This document shows positions 12,204 to 22,700 of a DNA stretch of 64,000 nucleotides, one piece after another. The stretch comes from Mesotaenium endlicherianum (lineage: Eukaryota), in NCBI GenBank assembly GCA_009602735.1, contig WELA01002296.1, positions 205,972 through 269,971 on the forward strand. Direction: 5' to 3'. Both the position numbers and the translations under genes were made by a program. The notes beneath the pieces are model-generated. The model had not been told where the DNA came from, did no database searches, and worked only from the letters and a program-made list of their open reading frames with translations. How positions within the stretch are numbered: position 1 is the first letter of the stretch; every line of letters begins with the position of its first letter.

Positions 12204-13643
12204 TTCTTCGCGTGTGTTGTGTGGGCTGCTGTCACTAGCCCACAAGGGTGACGCGTTGCCCTGTGTGCATGACTGCATTGCTCACTTGCACAATTGTGCA
12301 CGTGCGCGTGCATCCACGCGCACACGCACACACTCGCTCTTTGCACGCACTCTCAGACACGCCCCTGCACACGTGTGCTCCCCCGCCAGTGAGCAGGGTG
12401 GTCTACACCTTTCAGCAAGCCCCCCTCTGCAGAATAACCCGTGGGGGCGCCTATTAGTACTATGGAGGTGTCTCGAGGTACCTGCTGAAGGAGAAAGGGG
12501 GGGGGGTGTTTGTTTGATCAGGCGCCTAATGAAACTTGGGTGTGCCATTGATCAGCCGTCCTCCTGGCCTAGCACTATCGCCGACACAGTGCGCGCAAGG
12601 GAAGCTCTCGTGAGCGGACATGACAAGCCTTTGCGTCGCCTTTGGCCGCGGACAATCATCAGGAACAAGGATGGGAAAGGGTGCTGCGTGTCCCCTGGTG
12701 CACTTTTGGGAGGAGGTGTTGAGAGGGCGCACGTGGACAGCCATGGCCGCTGCATAGATGAAGGCTGGAGGCCATGGCTGCCCGGAGGGAGGATGATAGG
12801 GAGGGAGGAAAGGACAGAGAGGGGCAGACAGCCATGGAAGGTCGGAGCGGGGTTTTGCGGGGTTTATCATTGTGTCTTTCTGCGACGTGCGCGCGGACGT
12901 CAGTTTGTGAGAGCAAGTTCTTCCGCCCCTCACAAGAAATGTGGCCATTGGCCATTGCCACTCTCGAGTATGTGAATAGGGAGAATGGTAGTACCATTAG
13001 CAGCTCTTGTGCCCGCCCTGGGAAGGGCACTGAAGTAAGGGTGAGTGACTGCTACTCAATGTTGCTGATGTACTGTTCTCTGGAGGCAGTATCAGTCTGT
13101 GAGGGACTCTGCTGCGCCTCAGTGTGTCTCATCGCACACCCATCCTTCTCTCTAGCGTGATGACACCCAGGCTGGTGTGCAGAGGCAGTGATGCCCGTCA
13201 GATAATTTCCGCGGAAAAAGACTTCTGGCTATGCCACTCTTGTGTTAACGACTCTTATGTTAACAACTCTTGCGCCAACGACTCCATCTGATGGTCTGTC
13301 ACCTCCATGTCAGATTTATCGTGTTTCAACTCTCAAGTGTCTCGCTGGCGTCGCTGCACACACGGCATTTGGGCGCTTGCTGTTGCTGTCTATGTATCTT
13401 TGCTCGCTCTTCTTGCAGCTGAAATCGCAACGTGCGCCTCATCTCTTGTGCCAAGCTTGTCAAATGAAGCTGACCCAGGACGAGGTTGCGTGGGCCTGTG
13501 ACACCTGGCAGGTGGTGAGCATCAGCCGGGAGTGGAAGGTGGAGGGCGGGGGGGACCGCCTGAGTTATGTGGTGAGCATGGCCACCACAGGGCAGCCCCT
13601 CCAACCCCACTTGCGGGCATCTCTTCAGAGAGTGACGACTTAG
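10594..13643 (+). CDS. Nitrobindin / THAP4-like heme-binding beta-barrel protein (At1g79260-like), 163 aa. Exons: 10594-10743, 11206-11346, 12011-12079, 13512-13643
   Basis: Spliced translation [76 protein letters not shown]...[15 protein letters not shown]...[16 protein letters not shown]...[27 protein letters not shown]. It has the LLGTW.G.G.G..PTI, PMH.ESGY and C-terminal heme-ligand PHL motifs. All introns are GT-AG, phase 0. Confidence 0.95.
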
Positions 13644-14503
13644 TCGCAGAATAGAGAGGTGCGCCAGAGACAGTGAGACACGGGCGTCTCTTCAGGAGTG
13701 ACGACGTAGTCACAGAATGGAGAGGCATCTCAGAGAGAACAATGATGTGGTTGTAGGAGAGGTACACTTTCTGGTTTTGATTACTTTGAGGGTCTCTCTC
13801 TAAAGAGTGAGAATATAGTCATACAATGTAGAGGCAAGAGACACCTGATAGTTTGAAGCCCCCGCGTGCAGTGATGAAAAGTTGGGTCGTCTGAAGGTAG
13901 TGAAGGTAGTGGAGAGGCAGTCGGCAAGAAAGATTTTAAAAAAGAGTAGCTTGTGCCTTCTCTCTTTTCGATTGGAATGCTATGTCAACCTCTTTATCCC
14001 AAATGATGTGATGCTCACACATAATATCCGCAGTGGCAGGGCACTGAGGGAGGCCTCCCTGCAGAGTCTGATCATCTTAAGTCCGATCGATGCATAGCAT
14101 GTACATTGTGTTTCATTAAGCTTTTCATAAGACCCGAGTCACAACGCTGTTTGGATGCGTCACATTTGGAACGTAATTATGAAACATGCATATGCAGAAG
14201 AGCAACTAGCTTATGCTTATTGTGGACTTATATGTATACATATACGTATCAACAAGCCATATCGGATTCACTGTCTAGCTATACCAGGAGGAACGACGAG
14301 TACATCAGGTGGGAAGGAGATTGAAGGCGGTTACTGATGAGGGTGAGGTAGCCCGCGCGACCAGGTCGCAAGGAGGCATTGAGCATGACGAAAATGAACG
14401 GGATGCAAATTATGTGGTTCATATCACTATCTAGGATGATACACAACATGTATATACACACGTATCTAAGAGATGGATTGAGTTACATTATACCCTTCGG
14501 CAA

Positions 14504-16224
14504 TCAAGAAGCATCCAACTTGTACTGCTTCGAAAGCATGCCTCTGGCTTCTGCAGCTGCAGACGCCACTATGTTGGGAACAAAGTCATTGACTGCCGGT
14601 TGTTTCTTACAACTAAGGCACCAGATATGCCCGTGCCGCAGAATCACGCCCCACATCGCATCCTCCTTCGCAGGAGCTGAAGGAAGGGAATGACTGTCGT
14701 CCTCCTCTCCCTCTTCAGCAGCGCGCGGTGCGCCAGCGTCAGAAGACTGCACTGATTGCACCGCCCCTTTCTTGCGCTTACATCCTACTCTCAAATCTGA
14801 AGCATTACGCTCGGCCTCCACTCTCCTCCCTCCGCACGCGCACTTGCAGCCGGGCACGGAGGTCGTCACGAGCAGAGACTGGTGATCTAGAAACTTCTGG
14901 CAATGCCGCGATGATGTCGCGAGCACGGCGGCGGCCCAGTTCCTGTGGCCGGCCAGCTGTCCCCTCAGGAGCTTCACGGCCTTGTGTATGACTGTTGCGA
15001 CATCGCTGCGCTTTGCAAGAAGAGAATTCGTAAGTCAAAGAATGGCAAAATGTCGAAGAATGGCTTGAATTCAAGCAACGAAACTAGGCTGGCATCAAAC
15101 TGCAACCCAACATCTGGTGACGTCGTTCCTGACATTCCACCAGGCAGCTGATACACTGATCATTATACGAGGAATAGCATGCAAACTTATTCCTCTCATT
15201 AGGACTAAGAAAATAAGTAAGTGAAATGTATCCACTATATGGTATCTGCGACAGCAAAGAATTGACGTACATATTACCATATGCTGCCTCCTAAAGAGAA
15301 AGGAGAATATAATGTCAGGATAGTACAGGAGTTGTGAGGGTTTAGGCAGAAGCACCTCGGATGTGCACCCTTCACGCAGTTGAGGCCGCAAGTGCAGTAC
15401 AGGTACCCAAACCTTACACTCACTAGAACATCATCCTTCTCCCCTTCAAAGCACGCTGCGGGTACTGAGACCAGCAGCGTAGGATCGCCCAGATCGGAAG
15501 GTAGACTAGCCCCCACACTGGATGTAAGCTGAGCACCAACGCCTTCAATCTCTATGCCAAGAAAGTCAAGCTCCTTCCGAAGTCTGAAGAGCTCCCAATG
15601 GCAAAGGGGCGGCAAGCACTGCATCATAGAATGGAAAAGTTGTTCTTAGATTGCTCTTGAGTCTTGAAGCATAGTACTAGACTCACTCAAATTTGGGAAA
15701 GAGTACAATGAATCTGATTTGATGTAGATGGTGTGTACCCACAAGGAATCATTGGGGTCAGGATAAGCGTAACTTGGCATAATATGCAATGCTAAGTGCT
15801 GAAAAGACAATGAGACAACAACCGCAGATACAATGAGCAGTACATGACAGAAGCGGACTCTGAGCCTAGCCTACAAATAAGCCCTTGAAACAGCTGTGGG
15901 GAGAAATGGCGAACATTTTACCTTCAAGTTTTTATATCGCAGTATTGCCAGCACCATCTCAAACGTATTCTCATTGCATTCGCAATCAACAGAAATCAAA
16001 TTGGAGTTATTTTCTTCAGGATTTGTACTGATTCTTTCAACCGCCGAGGCACATTCGTAGCTCGGGTACCCCCAGCGGCCACTAAGGAGGGAAGAGAAGT
16101 AAGCCGAATTGTCTAGAAGCTCTCTACTCACAATAAATGGTACTCTGGCCCTTCCCACACATATCTTAACCTTACCAACATCTATATGTTCATATGTTCG
16201 CGGCGCAGACTGTGAAGAACTCAT
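14504..16224 (-). CDS. KCTD/T1-type BTB protein with Cys-rich C-terminal domain, paralogue A (possibly a pseudogene). Exons: 16224-15922, 15618-15356, unresolved middle, about 15030-14504
   Basis: VKICVGRARVPFIVSRELLDNSAYFSSLLSGRW...CECNENTFEMVLAILRY..CLPPLCHWELFRLRKELDFLGI fits the BTB_2 pattern. The C-terminus SLLVTTSVPGCKCAC...DAMWGVILRHGHIWCLSCKKQP...KQYKLDAS* is shared with paralogues B and C. An in-frame TGA near 15035 precedes the last coding block. Confidence 0.7.
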
Positions 16225-17436
16225 GCTGATTCTTTATCTCGTCTGCAAGCATGCAGGGGAACACATATAGAATACATAGAATATCGCTTAAATCGGATAC
16301 AATAAGCAGTACGTATTTTCTACCCCGCAATATACAAAGAAATAGAAAGCCTAATGCAGACAAGGATGCATCAAGATGTCAAAGACTTCTTGTGCCATTA
16401 GAAGCAGGAATTCTCAAAACATATATTCAGTTTCGCAAACCAGAATATAGGTTTACAGGAAGAAGGCAGCGGTAGGTGTAAGGCAGCAACAAAGTGAGTA
16501 CATGAGCTCTAAAGACCTTCACGCGTTGCATAACCTTAATTTGCTTGCGACGAGCCAACTGAGGGAGCTAAGGACTTTCATAGGATGGGCACCAGTACGT
16601 ATCTAGTAGTCAATTTATGTGTTCATGCATCATGAAGTGCCACTTGCATGGTCTCTAGAAATTCCCACCTAGCTTGCCAGCTAGAGACCCAGTGTAGACT
16701 ACGTGGGCATTCGCGCACGCTGTGTTTGTTTGCCGACGAAGCTGACTCATTTATAAGGATTAACTTGGGAGAGGAACAAGAAGAATATGATTCGGTCTTA
16801 GACAATAGAAGTTGGTCTAGACATTTATTGGCGTATCATCAATATCGAGTTTCTCGTACTGAGCTATCGGACCCGTTTGTGTCATCACGAAGTCGCTGAG
16901 GGGCCAGCAGCTAACGAGGGGCACATATGACACATGCATCCGTACCTTAAACTATAGTGCATGGGGACCAGTGGGGCCCAGTGGGGCCCCGCATAACTTT
17001 TTTGCTATGCGATCTAGTCACTAAAATTTGTATTGCTTCGTTTGAGATATATACGGGTAGTATGTATGAGACGTGATATCCATTATATGCATGATCGATA
17101 CCTTGGCCTGCCTAGCTCGACCCACCTTGACCGTGTGAGATATGTCGTGACATGCAATTCAGGGGTTCTACAAAATTACCTTTGAATCCGAAGGCACCTT
17201 GACGTTCATTGTGCTTCACATGCATGCAGCTGCTGTTCACTGCAGTTTACTGCAATTCACTGGCCATGCATGCATGCATCACTGTACCGCACTGTCCATT
17301 ATACTAGGACTGCCCACAATTCTTGTCTCAAAAGTGTCTTGCTCATATTCTGTTTCTCATTATTTTGGTTTCTGAGAGCATTTGTACCTTTTTGCAGAGT
17401 TGAAATCAGGCATCCCCTGAAAATTAAGTGCGCAGC

Positions 17437-19085
17437 ATGAGCAGTACAAAGAGAGTGGCGAATGAGTAACGGTTTGCGTTGGGAAAGCAAGAGCGCCAAT
17501 AATAGTAACCAGAGGGCTCCTGGAGAAATCAGCTTACTTTTCTGCCCTCCTCAGTGACCGGTGGGAACACGGGCGACAAGCTTGTGACTTGTCTGAAAGA
17601 GGAGACACTGGTAGTGATGAGGCCAGGGACTTGAGTACGCCGGTTGTTGACTACGAGTGCGAGGAGAGACTGTTTGCGATGGTGCTAGACATTCTCCATT
17701 ACAATGATATGAGGGTAATACATGGGAAAATGTCCTCACCAGTCTTCACCTTATCCAAAGTTCAAGAATTAACTTGCAAAATATCTTTCGCATCTTGTGA
17801 AGAACTTGCAGGGCTTTTCTGCAATGAGCTTTCTTGGTATAAGTGCTGCCTTCCTTAGGCAAGCAGTAGCCCATCTTCGTGAGATGTTTCTTCCGTTGTT
17901 TATTTTGTAGTGCTTGCCACCCCTGCGGCGCTGGGAGCTTTTGAGATTACAAAAGGAGCTCAATATTCTGGAAATAAATTATCAAGAGATTGAAGGCTTG
18001 AGCATTGCCGTGGGAGCTCACATCCCGCCGCGATTTGGTGATTCAACGTTGTTAATTCAGCTATGGAAGGAAGATGGTCTTATAACATACCATGTGTATG
18101 CGAGTCTAAGATATGGATACATGTTCTGGGTTGACGAGGATGGAGGTGTGAACAATTTACATCCAAGGTACAACACATGCCTGAGTGGTTAATCCATAGT
18201 AGGCCGTTCTTTCCTGCAGTTTGTTCTCCCACATTTAAACATTTATGAGACAAGATGGATGAACTCTCATTTTGCATGCCAGTCTCTTTTACACATGTCT
18301 GCTGGTATTGCATACCAGAAAAGGATCTTCTTGGCGAAATTATGAGATCCTAACCAAACAAGAACTCACTTCAATTCTGCTTTGCATACTTGCGCTTGTA
18401 GTGGGTACATCAAAAATGTAATGAGCTGCTTATTGTTCTTGATGCATGACTTCTCTTTGCACCAGGGAGATGCTGCGTCTGATACCCTGCAGCTGTAGCC
18501 TGTTGTAATCTCTGCTGTGGGCTGTGTTCCTGCAACAATTATTTGAAAATTGGCTACATTTCAAACCCTTTACAACAAATATTGTACCGTTTTGGGCGCA
18601 GCAAAGTGCTAGACTTCACCATCAAGGCTTTTGAATGTTTTGAAGTTCAGTTGGAGGACCACAGGCAGTGGGCTTGCGAGACTGCCCGCCTTCGGCGGCG
18701 TGATGACCAAGCAATGCACGCATACAAGGATCGCTTCTCTCTGCTTGTGACCACGTGTGTGCCTGGTTGCAAATGCGTGTGCAACTGCAGAAACACAGAA
18801 GTAATTTCCGCTTCTGCAACTTCAGGCGCAACTTTTGCTTCCAATTCCACAGAGCAGTCTAGTGCTGGCGGCGGTGCATTATCTGCTGAAGGCGAGGCTC
18901 ACACTTTCATGCTACCCTCTATTGAAGACGATGCCGTCTGGGGCGTATCCCTCAGATTCAACCACATTTGGTGTCTCATTTGCAAGCGGCAACCAAGTAG
19001 TGAAATGGTCCCCAGCATCACAATAGCTGCAGCTCTTAAAGCTGAACAATGCCTTGAAAAGCAATACAATCTGAAGGCTTCATGA
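17437..19085 (+). pseudogene. BTB + Cys-rich paralogue B, frameshifted about 10 codons after the ATG. Exons: 17437-17714, 17911-18167, about 18493-19085
   Basis: The ATG at 17437 (MSSTKRVANE) is homologous to the starts of A and C but is out of frame with VTVCVGKARAPIIVTRGLLEKSAYFSALLSDRW. In the BTB frame there is a TGA at 17463-17465. Intron positions match A. Confidence 0.7.
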
Positions 19086-19795
19086 ATTTGAGAATGTAAC
19101 ATGTAGGCAGGCCTCGACAGAGGAATCATGGCATTAGCTGGAATGACAAGCTTTTTCCTGCCATCTTTACATGCTAGCTTATATACGAAGCTAGTTCTCG
19201 TGGAGCCTGCTAACGGAGCACCATTTACGTGACATCACTTTACACTTCACATAAATGTAAAATGAAGTGGGCGGTATGCATGAAGCTGATAGAATGCAGT
19301 TGTTAAAATCACCTAGATTTGGAAGCATGAAAGTCTTTACACATTGTGAGATAGTAGATTTACATGCAGAATTTAGTAAGCAAGCAAATACAACATAATA
19401 ACGCAGGTTTGACGACAAATATGGAGCAAGAAAGTTTAGTTTACGGCTTACTGCTGACAAGTAGGTAGTCAAGTTGTAAGGTCGAAAGCAAATGCAAGTT
19501 TGCATGTACTGTGAGTTTGCCATTTGCATCAATAGGAGAGAGTTTTATCGCACACATGTTATATACTTGACTAATCAGCTCTATACCTGCATCTTGATCT
19601 TGCCATATGCACTTATAACAGAGTATTGAATATCAATCTCCTGAATGATAGGTGTTGCCACGCACAACATACTCCCAACTTCCGGAATTGCAGTATTCAA
19701 AGGACCAATAGACCAATAAGAATAGCACTACATAATGAAGAAGGTTTCGAGCAGGCATGCACCAGGCTGCACCTCCAATTTGTCACACAATTGGG

Positions 19796-22700
19796 TTAAT
19801 CCTCCCACGTGGCGCCAGTCACTTTGGCCACAAACGAATAGATGTCTGAAACCTCGTCAATGATTTTCTTCGTCGGGCGCCCCGCGCCGTGGCCCGCCTT
19901 TGTTTCAATGCGTGCTATGATGGGGTTGGTCTGGGGCGATTCGCCCTCCACACTGCACGCAACGAATGCACGTAGAGCAATGTAGAGGATCAAAAACGTT
20001 GAAGTGAATATCTCGGAGCTACTTTGAGATTGGTCTGAGGCATCCAAGGAGACTCACCCTCCATTTTCCATGTACCCGTGAAGGATATGCATTTAAACTC
20101 GGCATGCAAATCGTGGAGGAAAAATCCTCGTAAGTTAGACGCTACTCTGGGGTTGGTCTGAAGCAACTTCCAAATGTGGACGTAAAGGGAAAGATATGAT
20201 CTGGTTGGTCCAGGTTGGTGTGATGCGACTTGCCTTCCACACTGCACGTGGTGTGGAGATGAGCTCGTGAGAAGCGGAGTCAGAGGGGAGACAGAACTGG
20301 AGCCTCAGAGTGAGAAGTGATTTGACATGCACGCATATCTATATCCACTTTGTCTTCTTAGAAGCTGGTAGCTGGTTGCTGATACTGGCACCCACAAAGT
20401 CATCATGCATGCTCCCATGTTCCCATGCGCCTATGATGTACCACACATACACTAACACAGACACACGTGCACACATCAATACTCACACACACACACGCGC
20501 GCGCGTGCGCGCGTCACACACGCACATACTCACACACACACATCAAATGCACAAAGCACACACAGCACAAGCACAGACAGCATACAGGCGCACGAACGCG
20601 TGCACACGCACGCACACGCTCGCGCACACGCACACGCACACACAGACACACACAAAGCAAACACGCAGATGCACACACCCAGATATGCACGCGCACACAA
20701 GAACGCACACACACATGTGCACATCCATAAAACGGACACACATGCGCACACGTGCACGCTCCCAACTGCGACGATGTGAGAAATAAACAAGGGACATTAA
20801 GTAACACTCAAGCACTCGAGAGACGAAGACAAAGAGCAACTGCGAAGCAGCATGTGGCGGAGCGTGACACACATACTCTTCACAACCGTGAGCGACAACC
20901 GTGAGCAACCGTGAGCGACCATGAGAGACACACAGACAGAGACAACGCTCAGGACTCCGCACTACTCAGCCCTGAAAGGAAAAGAAAGACAAAGAGCACC
21001 CAGGGTGTGAAGCAGCGCGTAGTGTGCAGCGCATAGCGTGCAGCGTGCAGCGTGTGGCTATCAGCTCAGCACGCAGCAAGTCTGAAATCAGAAGTCAGCG
21101 CTCGGCACTCATCGTTGGGAAAGTGGAAGAGCCCGCAGCACCTTACAAAGCAGCCCAGTGAGAGTAACTCAGCCCCCAAAGAAGCCGGAGAAGAAGGGAG
21201 AGCCCAAAGCACCTGCGGAGCAGCCAGTGAGCGTAACTCACCCCCCAAAGGAGGAGGAGGAGGAGGAGGAGGAGGGAGAGCCTGCAGCACCTGTGGAGCA
21301 GCGTGTGGTGCAGCGTGGCCACCAGCTTGAGCGAGTGCAGCGGCACCACGCGGTCGTCGTGGTCGCCCGTCAGCACCATGGTGGCCGGGTACTGCACGCT
21401 CGTCGGGTCCGCCACCTCCTTGGCGTCCTCCCACGGCCTCCGCACGTTGTGCAGCGGTGAGTACCTGCCAGCGAGCAAGCAAGCGCGCCAACGAGCGTGC
21501 GAGCAAGCGAGTAATTGAGTAAGCGGGCAACTGAACAAGCGAGTGGGCAAACGAGCAAGCGAGTGAGCGCGCAAACGAGCGAGCGAGCAAGCGAGCGAGA
21601 AAACAAGTGAGTGGGCAAGCGAGCAGGCAAGAGAGCGAGCGAGCAAGCGCACGCACGCACGCGCGCGTGTGAGTGCGGTGTCGATTGCGTGCGCCGGTGA
21701 CAGAGTCGTGGGTGCTCACCCATCAGGCGCGACACCGGGACTGCACACCCTTCCTCTCTCGCTCGCTTCCTCTCCCGTAGTGCGGGGGCGAGTACCGGCG
21801 AGCGAGAGAGCAAGCGTGCGCGCGCGCGCGCGCGTGTTTATGTGTGGGGTGGTTTTGGGAGGGGGAGAAATGGACGGAGACACTGAGGCCTCCCCACTCC
21901 GTGCAAGGGCAAGACCCTATGGGCAAGTGCACGCCTGCATGCGCGCGCATGCGTGTGGGAAGGTGAATGGCGTGTGTGGTGGTTTTGGACTTAGGAGGGA
22001 GGGGAGGTTAGCAATGATGGAGGGGCAGGGGTCAGTTTACAAAAGGGAACACAATGAGCGCACACACACCATACTGTTTTACCGTTTTACCCTTCTTAAG
22101 AACTGACCTGACGTGGCATACATTGAACTTACAGCCCAGTCATGTTGCTAGTGGCGAATGCTTTCACTGTAAAATAACACGCACATGCGTGCGCGCGCAC
22201 GCGCGCACACACCGGGAGAGGGTGTAGGCAAGAAGAGTGAGGGAGGAGAAGTTCTAAGACTAAGCTTTGGACAAGCACAAAAGAATCCACCCCAAGAACA
22301 GCAAGGAAGAGGATGGAGGGATGGCACAGGGGCCAGGGGGAAGGAGCGTGCGAGAGAGGCCAGGAACGACGAGAGAGGGCCGAGGGGAGAAAGGGGAGGA
22401 GACAGGAGAGAGGAATGGGGCAAGCAGAGGGGAAAAAGGAGAGGAGGGAGGAGAGAGGGCGAGAGGGGAGAAAGGAGAGGCGAAATGGGAGAGGGTCTCG
22501 AGGGGAGAGGGCAGAGGAGGGGGGGGAGAGGGCAGGGGCGAGGGGAGAGAGGGGAGCGGGAGAGAGGAGGGGCGCGAGGAGAGAGGCGAGCGGGGGGCAA
22601 GGAGAGGCGGAAGCAAGCGGACACCTTATGAGCCACTGGAACTCGTCGGGCTTGTCGGAGCAGCCGTAGTCGGTGGTCCAGGCGTGGCCGATGGTGAACT

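Noticed and set aside
12082..12975. 297-aa ORF and a weak RT-like motif ([15 protein letters not shown], - strand) in nitrobindin intron 3
   Set aside because: No recognisable domain and no YADD-type or other RT motifs; the resemblance is too weak.
14330..14400. CTGATGAG...GAAA, hammerhead-ribozyme-like core
   Set aside because: The candidate stem II is not followed directly by GAAA, and stems I and III cannot be formed.
17463..17465. In-frame TGA codons in the Cys-rich BTB paralogues read as selenocysteine
   Set aside because: They do not align with Cys in paralogues; alignment to C explains the B case as a small deletion; no SECIS identified.
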